Assembly (NCBI GenBank): GCA_951406725.2
Contig: OX597837.1
Location: forward strand, 42,222,001 to 42,286,000
DNA: 64,000 bases
Direction of reading: 5' to 3'
Origin: Octopus vulgaris
Lineage: Eukaryota
The position numbers and the translations under genes were made by a program. The notes beneath the pieces are model-generated. The model was not told the DNA's origin. It saw only the letters and a program-made list of their open reading frames with translations, and made no database searches. Below, in pieces: positions 1-11,634 of the stretch; position 1 is the stretch's first letter, and each line of letters opens with the position of its first letter.

Positions 1-45
1 AGATATATGCAAGAATGAGAGAGGGGAAAAGTATGTGTGTATATA

Positions 46-264
46 CTCTTTACACTTTTACTTGTTTCAGTCATTTGACTGCGGCCATGCTGGAGCACCG
101 CCTTTAATCGAGCAACTCAACCCCGGGACTTATTCTTTTGTAAGCCCAGTACTTATTCTATCAGTCTCTTTTGCCGAACCGCTAAGTGACGGGGACATAA
201 ACACACCAGCATTGGTTGTCAAGCAATGCTAGGAGGACAAACACAGACACACAAATATACACAC

Positions 265-295
<31 letters not shown>

Positions 296-458
296 TACGA
301 CGGGCTTCTTTCAGTTTCCATCTACCAAATCCACTCACAAGGCTTTGGTCGGCCCGAGGCTATAGTAGAAGACACTTGCCCAAGGTGCCACGCAGTGGGA
401 CTGAACCCAGAACCATGTGGTTAGTAAACAAGCTACTTACCACACAGCAATTCCTGCG

Positions 459-461
<3 letters not shown>
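46..461 (-). mobile_element. SINE family A (tRNA-derived head, internal CA/TA microsatellite), full length
   Basis: Minus strand starts AGGCGCAGGAATTGCTGTGTGGTAAG (A-box-like), then GGTTCAGTCCC (B-box-like) and GGCACCTTGGGCAAGT (CORE-like). It ends ...GACTGAAACAAGTAAAAG. More than 10 similar copies in the window. Confidence 0.9.
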
Positions 462-498
<37 letters not shown>

Positions 499-584
499 GA
501 CAAAAACAGTGTATGCGTGTGTGTGTGTTTTATATCTGATCCAACCATTTTCATTGCCTACCACTCATGGGCGGGGGGTGGTGC

Positions 585-900
585 AGGGATGGAATCCTCC
601 AAATCAGAAGCAATCATTGTTACACCTTCCTGTTGGATTACCATACTAAATCAACTGAGGCTATGGATATCATCCAACCACCCCATTCTCGGTCTACACC
701 TAGGTCTCCTGCCAGTTGGCTTGGTTTGAAGAATCCATCTTGCGATCCCTTCCTGGGACATTCTAGCCACAGACCTCTAAAGGCAGAGATATAGCAGCTT
801 AATCTGGAGAGACTCCCTAATCTCCAAGCTACACACCCTGGAAGAACCTCATTTTGGCCCCTTGTAACCCAGGTCCCACATCCAGGCCCAACCCATCGCT
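585..900 (-). mobile_element. Decayed RTE-clade LINE ORF2 C-terminal fragment
   Basis: Minus-strand translation gives VARMSQEGIARWILQTKPTGRRPRCRPRMGWLDDIHSLS, matching the RTE GxRxRGRPxxxWxD motif. Stops and frameshifts present. Confidence 0.7.
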
Positions 901-1389
901 ATTTGCTTGGTACATTTGTGAAAATCGCCAGCAAGTCTAGACTATGATTAGTGTTCTTTTTATTATAATTATTATCGTTATTATTACTAACATTCTTTCA
1001 AACATTTGGTGTCCAATTTCAGATAAATTTTAATTCTTTCTCCTGCAAACATCAATTTTTCACTTCAAGCAATCATATTTAAAATGAAAATTTTTCACTT
1101 TTCTATAAATATAACTTTCCACACACATACACACTTTCAGAGCTATTTAGAATTTGGACAATTATCTGAAATGTTGTAAGAAGCAACAATGGAATCATTT
1201 CATAAAAATTTCAGTAGAGTATAAACAAACAATTAGAGATTTCCGTCACATCCACTTTTGGAAAGCCTTGGAAAGAATTTAAAGAGTATTAAGAGCTTTT
1301 TAACAGAATGCAAAACAGTTTTGCTTTGGAAGAAACTGTCTGACAAATTCTACAGCACAGCAAAATTTTGAGGCAGCTGCTACATGAAT

Positions 1390-1700
1390 CAAGAATTGAC
1401 CATCTATATTTCAATTTTGCAAATACTTTTGGCAAAGTTGGACATAGAATCTTATTGAAAAAGCTGGCATAACAAGAAGGTTGCGCATTTGGGTTTTTGG
1501 TTTTTCTGAAGGTCTAAAGCCAAACAGAGGGTGGTCAATGGAGTCCTATATGAAAAATCTGTGGTTGTCAGTGGAGCATCACAAGGATCCATTCTAGATG
1601 TACTTTTGTTCCGTATAACGTTGCTAGACATAGACAAAACTATATAATTGGTTATACTCAGAGGCTACATAGATGATGCAAAAGATCATGAAAATTGATA
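1390..1700 (+). mobile_element. Decayed CR1/L2-type LINE reverse transcriptase fragment
   Basis: IDHLYFNFANTFGKVGHRILLKKL ... KQRVVNG ... VVSGASQGSILDVLLF ... GYIDDAK corresponds to RT motifs (D.IYLDF.KAFD.V.H, SGVPQGS.LGPLLF, YADD). In-frame stops. Confidence 0.85.
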
Positions 1701-1904
1701 TTTATGCCCTGCAACAAAATCTGCCCACTGTATTACCACTGGGTGAATGAGAACAACATATTAATCAAAGTAACAAAATTCCAGCCCTCTGTTACCAAAG
1801 CAGATGCATGTCTTACAAATCCACAGGACGCTCTATTCATAATCAGTGTCACAAAACATTGTGTTTGGGGGATGATGATGATGATATATATATATATATA
1901 ATTA

Positions 1905-2110
1905 TATTCTTTTATTCTTTTACTGGTTTAAGTCAATTTTGACTGTGGCCATGTCGGAGCACCACATTTAGTAAAGCAAATCAACCCTAAGAGTTATTCT
2001 TTGTAAGCCTAGTGCTTATTGTATCGGTTTCTTTTGCCAAACTACTAAGTTATGGGGACATAAACACCCCAGCATTGGTTGTCAAGGGATGTTGGGACAC
2101 ACACACACAA

Positions 2111-2152
<42 letters not shown>

Positions 2153-2316
2153 GATGGGCTTCTTTCAGTTTCCGTCTACCAAATCCACTCACAAGGCTTT
2201 GGTCAGCCAGAGGCTATAGGAGAAGACACTTGCCCAAGGTGCCACACAGTGGGACTGAACCCAGAACCATGTGGTTGGTAAGCAAGCTAACTACCACACA
2301 GCCACTCCTATTCCTA
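1905..2316 (-). mobile_element. SINE family A
   Basis: Colinear similarity to 46-461. Confidence 0.88.
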
Positions 2317-2524
2317 TAAATGTATATCTATATCTATATGTATGTATAATGAAAATGTGACAGAGGTGAGTAACAATGGAATTTATAAGGAAACAGAAGC
2401 ACACACACAAAGGATGCAAATGTGTTCATTCCCTCAGCAGCTGCTGACCAAATATGATCACAATTTTGACAGCTTCTCACAATACTGTTCAACTGGGGGA
2501 TGTCAGAAACAGAAGTTGCTAGGA

Positions 2525-2559
<35 letters not shown>

Positions 2560-2651
2560 ACCAGGCATGATAGATGAATAAGAATAATAAAAAAAATTCA
2601 TCAAGTACAACAAATGAGGTCTGTAAATATATGTACATATATAGTCTGTAA

Positions 2652-2715
<64 letters not shown>

Positions 2716-2719
<4 letters not shown>

Positions 2720-2938
2720 GAGCTGGCAGAAATGTTAGCATGCTGGACAAAATGCGTGGCCATATTTCATCTGTTGATACGTTCCGAGTTCAAATTCCGC
2801 CGAGGTCGACTTTGCCTTTCCTCCTTTCGGGGTCGTAAATTAAGTACCAGTTACGCACTGGGGTCGATGTAATCAACTTAATCCCTTTGTCTGTCCTTGT
2901 TTGTCCCCTCTGTGTTTAGCCCCTTGTGGGTAGTAAAG

Positions 2939-2943
<5 letters not shown>
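2716..2943 (+). mobile_element. SINE family B (tRNA-derived, Deu/Nin-like central domain) inserted in (TA)n
   Basis: GGTGAGCTGGCAGAA head, B-box GAGTTCAAATTCC, central GTCGACTTTGCCTTTC..CCTTTCGGGGTCG..AATTAAGTACCAG, tail GTAGTAAAGAAATA. Many copies in the window. Confidence 0.85.
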
Positions 2944-2971
<28 letters not shown>

Positions 2972-3308
2972 CAATATCAGTGTCATTTTAACATCCACTT
3001 TTCCATGCTTGCATGGGTTAGATAGAATTTGTTAAGGCAGATTTCCTATGGCTGGATGTGCACATGTATGTATATTACCAGCAGCAGCAATTTTTCCATT
3101 TACTTTCCAATGATAACAGAGTTGGATGTTTTGTCTAAAGCAGTTTTTACAGCCAAATGCTCTTCCTGTTATAGACTCTTTTAGTTACCTCTCACAACAT
3201 ACAGCAATGCAGTGTACCTATTGTGAAACTGGGATGCACACAGCAAATATACACATATACACACGTCTATATAATACATTATTGAGCTAAACCTCTCACT
3301 TAACTACA

Positions 3309-3350
<42 letters not shown>

Positions 3351-3822
3351 TATTCAAATAATGACTGAATACCCGAGGGAGTGCGAAAAATGAAAACAGA
3401 TGACAATGGTGATTATAGAAGACATCAAAGAAAATACTTATACAAATATTTAATATTGACACTAACAGACGAACTAATGAAAGCAGATCAATACTTACAT
3501 TATGAAGAGATAACATAGCGAAGTATTGGAAGAATCTAGGTGTGATTAAAACATTTTGTTACCTACCAAAGTGAAACCCTTTTATTGCCATTATGCAAAA
3601 CGAGTCTATCACATGCCATGGATGAAGTTTACATGAGGTACCTCAACAGGTTTTTGCCTATGCCTAAACACACATCTATTGTTTTATCTCCTACATGCTT
3701 CAGTCACTGGAACAAGGCCATGCTGGTGCACTGCCCCAAAGGGATTTAGTCAAACAAGTCAAGCCCAGTACTTATTTTAAATTTTGTATTCATTTCAGTG
3801 GTCTTTTTTGCTAAACTATCAT

Positions 3823-4190
3823 GATCATCATCATCATTGTTTAATGTCAACTTTCCATCCTAGCATGGGTTGGACGATTTGACTGAAGGCTGGCAAGCCA
3901 GATGGCTGCACCAGGCTTCAGTCTTGATCTGGCAGAGTTTCTACTGCTGGATGCCCTTCCTAACGCCAACCACTCCGAATAATAATAATAATAATAATAA
4001 TCATCATCGTTTAACGTCCGCTTTCCATGCTAGCATGGGTTGGACGATTTGACTGAGGGCTGGCGAGCCAGATGGCTGCACCAGGCTCCAATCTTGATCT
4101 GGCAGAGTTTCTACAGCTGGATGCCCTTCCTAATGCCAACCACTCCGAGAGTTGTCGTTAGGAAGGGCATCCAGCTGTAGAAACTCTGCC
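3823..4190 (-). mobile_element. Two tandem partial copies of repeat family C ((TGA)n-tailed) plus an inverted fragment
   Basis: CATCATCGTTTAACGTCCGCTTTCCATGCTAGCATGGGTTGGACG...GGATGCCCTTCCTAACGCCAACC occurs twice, separated by (AAT)n. 4158-4190 is the reverse complement of 4101-4133. Confidence 0.85.
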
Positions 4191-4319
4191 TATGTTAAAT
4201 AAAATAAACTGCTTTTTATGTACTTTTCAGAAACATAACAAATTTTTTCCTGGACGGTTGTGTTCTCTTTTTATATTCATTCACAATGTAGGAGATCTTT
4301 ATGCCCCACCCTGTGTGTG

Positions 4320-4483
4320 TATCTATCTATCTACCTATCTATTTATCAATCAATCTATCTATCTACCTATCTATTTATCAATCTATCTATCTATCTATCT
4401 ACCTATCTATTTATCAATCAATCTATCTATCTACCTATCTATTTATCAATCAATCAATCTATCTATCTATCTATCTATCTAAC

Positions 4484-4545
<62 letters not shown>

Positions 4546-4572
4546 TACATGTGTGTGTGTGTGTGTGTGTGT
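4320..4572. repeat. Compound microsatellite (TATC)n-(CA)n-(TG)n
   Basis: Read directly. Confidence 0.97.
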
Positions 4573-5918
4573 AAAAATTAATTATTTTTCTTTTTGAATA
4601 AAATGACGACAGTAAAAATTTCTGAAAGAGCTGGAATTCATAGCTGTCAGTTAAACATAAATAGACAAAAAAGTGAAATTGATATACCGAAGCTACCATT
4701 TCATCCTAGCTGTGTCATCACCATCACTTATTTGTTTATTTATTCATTTATTTATTTATTTATTACATCATTTTTTTTCCTCGTGCCAGCAGGGATGGAG
4801 TGATTTTCTTTTGCATTTTATTTTTTTCTTAATTTGTCAAATTTGGAAATACTGCTGGAGCAATCAGTTTACGTTTTTTTCTTATATATATATTCTATGG
4901 TTAAATGTGAACCAGTCAGCTGAAAAGTTAAAATAACACAGATCTTTTTTTTTTTCTTTTTATAGTAACATTGACCCAAGGCAAAGAAGGTAAATAAACT
5001 GCGTTGTCCAGAGATGATGGCAGCACCAGGGCTGTATGTAGCAAGACGTGAACTTATAATGATCTCTACAATTGTAATACAATCCGGTGTCTGAAGAATC
5101 TGTCGAAGGGGCCTGTATCTGAAATGTCAGATACTTTCACACCCTCACAGCAATTACAAACTCTCCAGGGGTCTCTCTGTCTGTCTGTCTCTCTTTTTAT
5201 TTATTTTTGTTATAAGCAGTGCAGATTTGTTTGCAGGGTCTTTTCAAAGTTAATGGGAAGTGTATATGTGTATGTGTGATAGCATAGAGGACTGACAACC
5301 ATAATGGCATTTCACTAGTTTAATCATACATCTATCTAACCAGCCAGCCAACAAACCAGCTACACAGTCAAAGAGAACCAGCTTCATTTATCAAGATGTA
5401 ATTGTTGTTATTTAACTACAGGACAGTAAAGATCAAGGTGACAGACCTAGGAACAAAATTATTACGGCCATGATGAGCCCTTCTTTTACCGAGTGCCTCT
5501 CTGATTATATGATGTAATAATTTCATCAATTTTCAAAGACAGCAGCGAATGAAGTGAGGGAGATTAGCCACCATTTCTAGCAAATGTAACACCCACACAA
5601 CTCCCCCACCCCAGTTCATGCTTTATAAAGTTAAAAATTTCAAATGTGTCTTGAAGCTCATGAAGCTGGAGTGTATCTCTGTTTCTGTGGCATTTAAATG
5701 ACAGAGACTCCAAGACTCCCCACTGAATGGGGACACCAGTCTGTCACAACATTGACCCCCTCAGTAGCAGCAGCAGCAGTAGCTGCTGCCAGTGGTGGTG
5801 GTGCAGAGTGAACTGGAGCAATATGAAATGAAGTGCTTTGCTCAAGGACACAATGTGTTACCTGGTCTAGGAATCAAAACCCATGACATTACAATTGTAA
5901 AGTCAAGGCCACACACCT

Positions 5919-6051
5919 TCAAGCTCTAGCTGTGTGGTCAAGCTTTGGCTGGGTGGTCAAGCTTTGGCTGGGTGGTCAAGCTATAGCTGTGTAGTCAAGC
6001 TATGACTGTGTGGTTAAGTTATGGCTGTGTGGTCAAGCTATAGCTGTGTGG
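5919..6051 (+). repeat. 19-bp minisatellite, 7 copies, at the head of a plus-strand family A SINE remnant
   Basis: Unit TCAAGCTATAGCTGTGTGG and variants. Followed by GGTTCAGTCC (about 6057) and decayed family A body. Confidence 0.92.
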
Positions 6052-6310
6052 TTTCAGGTTCAGTCCTGCTGTTTAGCACTTTAGGTAAGTGTCTCCTACA
6101 AACCTAATCAGTCAATTTGTGAGATGGAAATCAAAAGAAGCCAGTTATATGTATGTATGTAGGCATGCATGTGTGTGTGTTTGTGTGTGTGTGTATATGC
6201 ATATGAGGGTGTGTATATCTGTGTGTCCTTGTCTTAGCATTGTGTGAGAGTTGTAAATGAGCATTATTGTTATAAAAGCAGTTTCATTTATTTCCAATAT
6301 TCAACAAATC

Positions 6311-6497
6311 AGTGGCACGTAAAGAGCACCCACTACACTCACGGAGTGGTTGGCGTTAGGAAGGGCATCCAGCCGTAGAAACATTGCCAGATCAGACTGG
6401 ACCCGGTGCAGCCTTCTGGCTTCCCAGATCCCCGGTCGAACCTTCCAGCCCATGCTAGCATGGAAAGCGGATGCTAAATGATGATGATGATGATGAT
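6311..6497 (+). mobile_element. Repeat family C, (TGA)n tail
   Basis: GTGGCACGTAAAGAGCACCCACTACACTCACGGAGTGGTTGGCGTTAGGAAGGGCATCCAGC...GCTAAATGATGATGATG. Confidence 0.88.
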
Positions 6498-7344
6498 GTC
6501 TGGCCAGGGAGGGAAATAATACCTAGCTATGAAACAGGCGAGGGTTGACAACAGGAAGGGCATCCATCCACAGAAAACTGGCATCAATAAATGCTGCCTG
6601 ACCCATACAAGTATGGGAAAGTGGGCTAATGATGATGATGATGGACAGCAACTGATGATTTCGAAGTGGAATACTACACATGTCCAGTGAATCAACAGTC
6701 TCCTGTTGCCTCCAGCTCGTAAACATAACAGAATATAAACTACAACAACAAGTAAAACAATTCCTATTCAATAAAAAAATAATAATAATAATAATGAAGA
6801 ATAACAAAAAAAAAGTGATGAAAAAACAAACAAAAAATGAAATAAAATGCTCAAGCATTTTAATCATAAAAAAAAGACATTCAATAGATGAAATTGAAGA
6901 TGCAGAGGAAGAAGGCTGATGGCAAGTGGGGTGGGAGATGAAAAAAAAAAAAAGAATAAAAATGAAATGAAAAGAATTAATAATTAAAAAAAAAATAGAA
7001 GAATATAACCGCACCTCCTTTGCAAAAGGAAAAAAAATGAATGAATGAATGAATGAAAGGAGATTATTTTTGAAATGAAGGAAAACCTGATATTCTTCAA
7101 TACACTCAAATGCTTGCAGGAAGAATGGGAGCTTAGTTGGTTGTACAAAACCACCATTGTACGATGGAGAGGCAGTTGTTGTTGTTGTTGTTAGCCCCAG
7201 GACGGCACTAAACAAACAGACCAATGATCTAAGACCAGTGCTTCTCAAACTATCTGATGTGGCGTACTGGCAGTTTCTGTTTTTTCCAATATGCCAAGGA
7301 CCGGTAATATTTCTTAGTAATATTAATTGATACCAGAAACAATA

Positions 7345-7741
7345 TTTTCTTTTCTTTTACTTGTTTCAGTCATTTGACTGCGGCCATGCTGGAGCACCGC
7401 CTTTAGTCGACCAAATCAACCCCGGGACTTATTCTTTGTAAGCCCAGTACTTATTCTATTGGTCTCTATTGCCGAACCGCTAAGTGACGGGGACGTAAAC
7501 ACACCAACATCGGTTGTCAAGCAATGCTAGGGGACAAACACAGACACACACACATATATATATATATACATATATACGACGGGCTTCTTTCAGTTTCCGT
7601 CTACCAAATCCACTCACAAGGCATTGGTCGGCCCGGGGCTATAGTAGAAGACACTTGCCCAAGGTGACACGCAGTTGGACTGAACCCGGAACCATGTGGT
7701 TGGTTAGCAAGCTACTTACCACACAGCCACTCCTGTGCCTA
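7345..7741 (-). mobile_element. SINE family A
   Basis: Colinear similarity to 46-461. Confidence 0.9.
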
Positions 7742-7889
7742 TGTATATTTGAAAGAAGAAAGTTTGATCTTCATTAAACATCCATTTGTCCATATATATA
7801 ATAAATATAATAAAAGTTGACAATTTTTTTTATCTTATAATTATTTTGTGAACAAATAACACAATATTACATAAGCATTTGAGTTAAGT

Positions 7890-8229
7890 TAATTTTTTTG
7901 GCTCAAAAAGCAAAAAAGCAAGGCCATGTAGGGGGACATGGAGTTATGTACAGGGAGGGTGGTCATGCAAAGAGTTCAGGCCATTTCTGGTCAAGAGAGT
8001 CTTTGAACCGAGTGGTCGTCGGCATCTTCACTATCTCGTCCGGCAGCTTATTCCACGGATCTGCAACCCGGACGGAGAAAGCCCCTCTCCTTCGATTGGG
8101 ATGAAATTGTCGCAGATAGAGCATTTCAGAGTGACCCCGTAGCCGATGCTCTGGAGCAGGAGTGAAGAACAGCTCTTTCGAGAGGTTACACTTTCCACTT
8201 ATGATGTTGTGAGCGAGAATGAGATCAGT
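7890..8229 (-). mobile_element. 5'-truncated CR1-clade LINE, ORF2 C-terminus plus 3' UTR
   Basis: Uninterrupted minus frame DLILAHNIISGKCNLSKELFFTPAPEHRLRGHSEMLYLRQFHPNRRRGAFSVRVADPWNKLPDEIVKMPTTTRFKDSLDQKWPELFA* (stop at 7963-7965). Contains the CR1 RGH and FS.RV...WN.LP motifs. Confidence 0.9.
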
Positions 8230-8715
8230 ATGGCATTTTATAATGTTTCTTTCTTTGTACTAGCAGCTGATGGCTTCTGGACTTGTACCAGTCCGTGGAC
8301 CACCACTTCGTGTAACACAATATGTTCTGCCTAGAGTTTATCTTTCAATTCTTATCCAAAGACGGTTAAGAGTGATTCAAGAGAGACAGATTTGACTACG
8401 GTTTTTAGCAGGTCATGGGTCCATACAAAAGCTTCTTTGTTAGCTTGTGTTTAAGTGGTAATTGGAGGAATTTGAACTATGAACAATGAATAATTGTGCA
8501 CAAAATACAGCAAGGCACATGCTATAGTACCTACCATTGATATCCCGGTCATGTTGAGTATCTAATTCTACAGGGCTTTGTTATCTGTTTAGAATATTGC
8601 TAAGAGACTGACAAAGCTCATAGCTAAAACATCAAACTTAACAGATGTATGCTATCAATCTACACTTCATGTTGTGGTGGGCCTGTATTATATTTGCCTT
8701 TGCATACACTTAATT

Positions 8716-9739
8716 GTTAGAGTAAAAATTACGGACACACTCATATGTCTAAATACATGTTTTGAATGCAAGAAAGGTTTGGCATGAAGATGGGCATCTG
8801 ATCACAGAATAACTCCCTGAAGAGTCTGATACTAAACAATGTCAGCATTGAAAAAGTGGATGGAAAAATGATGATGATGATGATGTGGTTGATGACAATG
8901 TGTATGAGTGCGTGTAGTTTTATAAGGCACAAAAGTGACTTGTGTGAGAGAGAGATATGCAAACACATATGCACATCTATAAAACTCAAAATGTGCGTGT
9001 GTGTATGTGTATACTCTTTACTCTTTTACTTGTTTCAGTCATTTGACTGTGGCCATGCTGGAGCACCGCCTTTTAGTCGAGCAACTCGACCCCGGGACTT
9101 ATTCTTTTTGTAAGCCCAGTACTTATTCTATCGGTCTCTTTTTGCCGAACCGCTAAGTGACGGGGACGTAAACACACCAGCATCGGTTGTCAAGCAATGC
9201 TAGGGGAACAAACACAGACACACAAACACACACACATACATATATATATATATACATATATACGACAGGCTTCTTTCAGTTTCCGTCTACCAAATCCACT
9301 CACAAGGCATTGGTCGGCCCGGGGCTATAGCAGAAGACACTTGCCCAAGATGCCACGCAGTGGGACTGAACCCGGAACCATGTGGTTGGTTAGCAAGCTA
9401 CTTACCACACAGCCACTCCTGCGCCTGCCTATGGTTTGTAAGCCTATGGTTAGAGTAAAAATTACGGACACACTCGTATGTCTAAATACATGTTTTGAAT
9501 ACATGTTTTGAAGATGGGCATCTGATCACAGAATAACTCCCTGAAGAGTCTGATACTAAACAATGTCAGCATTGAAAAAGTGGATGGAAAAATGATGATG
9601 ATGATGATGTGGTTGATGACAATGTTTTATGAGTGCGTGTAGTTTTATAAGGCACAAAAGTGACTTGTGTGAGAGAGAGAGAGACAGAGACACACACACA
9701 CATCTATAAAACTCAAAATGTGCGTGTGTGTATGTGTAT
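8716..9739 (+). repeat. About 295-bp direct duplication (8716-9012 and 9449-9739) flanking a SINE
   Basis: Both copies run GTTAGAGTAAAAATTACGGACACACTC...CTCAAAATGTGCGTGTGTGTATGTGTAT. Confidence 0.95.
9013..9426 (-). mobile_element. SINE family A, full length
   Basis: Close to family consensus, ends CCACTCCTGCGCCT on plus strand. Confidence 0.92.
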
Positions 9740-10849
9740 GCTTTTTTTTTCCACATTTTTCATTCGATTTTGATGAAATTTGTTTTATTAAATGGCAAAT
9801 TTACCCAGGCTGCATTACTGATGCCTAGAGATATCCACTTCTAGGGGGAAAAAAATCGATAAAATTGAAGCCCCCCCCCCCTTTGCAATAAAGACCAAAA
9901 GTTGCATGCGAGAAAAGTTTTTACAGGAACATCTGATTTTTATAATTTTGGTGTCAAAAGGACTATCACGTTGCAACATTACAGACAAATATTTTGGCAC
10001 TGCCTTAGGGCCTCTGATTCCCAAGAAAATTGTGAAAAACTTTGAAAACAATCGATTTTTTGCATTTTTGCAAAGTTACACAGTAGAAAACTTTTTACTG
10101 GAAAGTCCAATTTCCTTGATTTTTACAGCTAAAAACCACCATGTGATGGCGGTTCTATCAAGTATCTGTTCTATGTCCAAAGGCATCCCTGTGTGACAAA
10201 AAGCTGTGAAAAACTGTGGAAAAATCCATTTTATATACTTTTTTCCCCTTTAAATCTTCAAAAACTTCTCACTGCTTCGGTGGATTGCATCCAAACTCTA
10301 CACACTATTTACTCATCCTAAGGATAACGTTAGAAGACTCCAATTTTCACAGAATTCATCTGTATATGACCAACAATTGCAAAAAACTGAGTAGAAAACT
10401 GGGGGGTTTTTTTGCCCTTAAATCCCTCATTTTTGACCAAATTAATCCAAATCTCACATGAACAGTACAAATGTCTCAACAATGGTTTAAAACTATTTTT
10501 GGTTAATATTCTTTATTTAACTTGCGACAGATGTACGAAATACTGTAAAACATCACCTTTTAACATTTTTGCAGAGTTACACCCATGAAAGCTGTTTCAA
10601 GGAACGCCCAATTTTTTACTTTTTCTTTGCTTTTTGTTGCAAAAGAACTGCTATAGTGCGTCATTTCTGGAAATTATTTCTTCTTTGTCCCTGTGCATCT
10701 GGGTTCTACAGAAAACTGCAACAGCTTCACCTTTTTGCAGATTACTAGGTCTAGGTCAACCTAGTACTCGCACTTACTCCTTAATGTGCAAAAATGACTA
10801 ATGGCACTTAGTACATGCCGTTTACACCAATCCCCCCATAATTAGACAA

Positions 10850-11135
10850 TATCCTCTCAACACCAACCTAATAGGATAAAATGCCTGTGACATCATGGCT
10901 GTACGATTTGTAAACATTTCCCTCCACCACCATTAACCGAACTTCAAGCACCTCCTCCGGCATTTTGGTTGTTCAACTAATAAATACCAACTGGGAAAAA
11001 TCACTTCTTCCTCAATGTCAATGTTTGCAACTTAATGCAAAAAATATTCAAAGAGATGTACAACGAAAAAAATGGTAGAACCTATAAAGACCATTGCCAA
11101 GTATTTAATATCCAAGCAACGCTGGATACTCCTAG
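10850..11135 (+). mobile_element. Helitron remnant (may extend left to about 9740)
   Basis: 3' hairpin ATCC-A-AGC-AAC-GCT-GGAT, then CTAG|T at 11132-11136. Upstream frame PPLTELQAPPPAF..HFFLNV..GRTYKDHCQVF resembles the RepHel N-terminal LP.L..PP..L...HFL.NIR.YN...FKI.GQVYH. Confidence 0.55.
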
Positions 11136-11213
11136 TATATAAATCCTTAAATCCTTAAAAATGCTTTAGCCCAAAGACTGCGGCCAGGCTGGGGCACCAC
11201 CGCATAAATATAT

Positions 11214-11426
11214 TTCTTTTACTTGTTTCAGTCATTTGACTGTAGCCATGTTGGAGCACTGCCTTAAAGGATTTTTAATCAAAGAAATCGACCCCAGGAC
11301 TTATTCTTTGTATGCCTAGTGCTTATTTTATCAGTCTCTTTTGCTGAACCGCTAAGTTACGGGGACCTAAACATACAAACATCAGTTGTTAAGCAATGGT
11401 GGTGGGGCCAAACACACACACACAAA

Positions 11427-11488
<62 letters not shown>

Positions 11489-11634
11489 TTTCAGTGTTTG
11501 TCTACCAAATCCACTCACAGGGCTTTGGTTGGCCCAAGGCTATAGTAAAAGACACTTGCCGAAGGTGCCATGCAGTGTGACCGAACCCAGAACCATGTGG
11601 TTGGGAAGCAAGCTTCTTACCACATAGCCATGCC
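11214..11634 (-). mobile_element. SINE family A
   Basis: Colinear similarity to 46-461. Confidence 0.88.

Larger units (their letters stand above)
7235..8320. mobile_element. Probable old hAT/Charlie-type (MER5-like) MITE interrupted by a SINE and a CR1
   Basis: Left end CAGTGCTTCTCAAACT. Right end GTCCGTGGACCACCACTTCGTGTAACAC resembles a decayed ...GGACCACACTTTGAGTAGCACTG terminus. Confidence 0.45.

Noticed and set aside
226-495. Recurring ORF peptide ASFSFRLPNPLTRLWSARGYSRRHLPKVPRSGTEP (many copies)
   Set aside because: Antisense translation of the family A SINE, not a gene family
4488-4572. (CA)n followed by (TG)n hairpin / Z-DNA
   Set aside because: Trivial consequence of very high microsatellite density
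6523-7248. Longest ORF in the window (241 aa)
   Set aside because: Low-complexity F/I-rich translation of A-rich DNA running into a repeat; no domain
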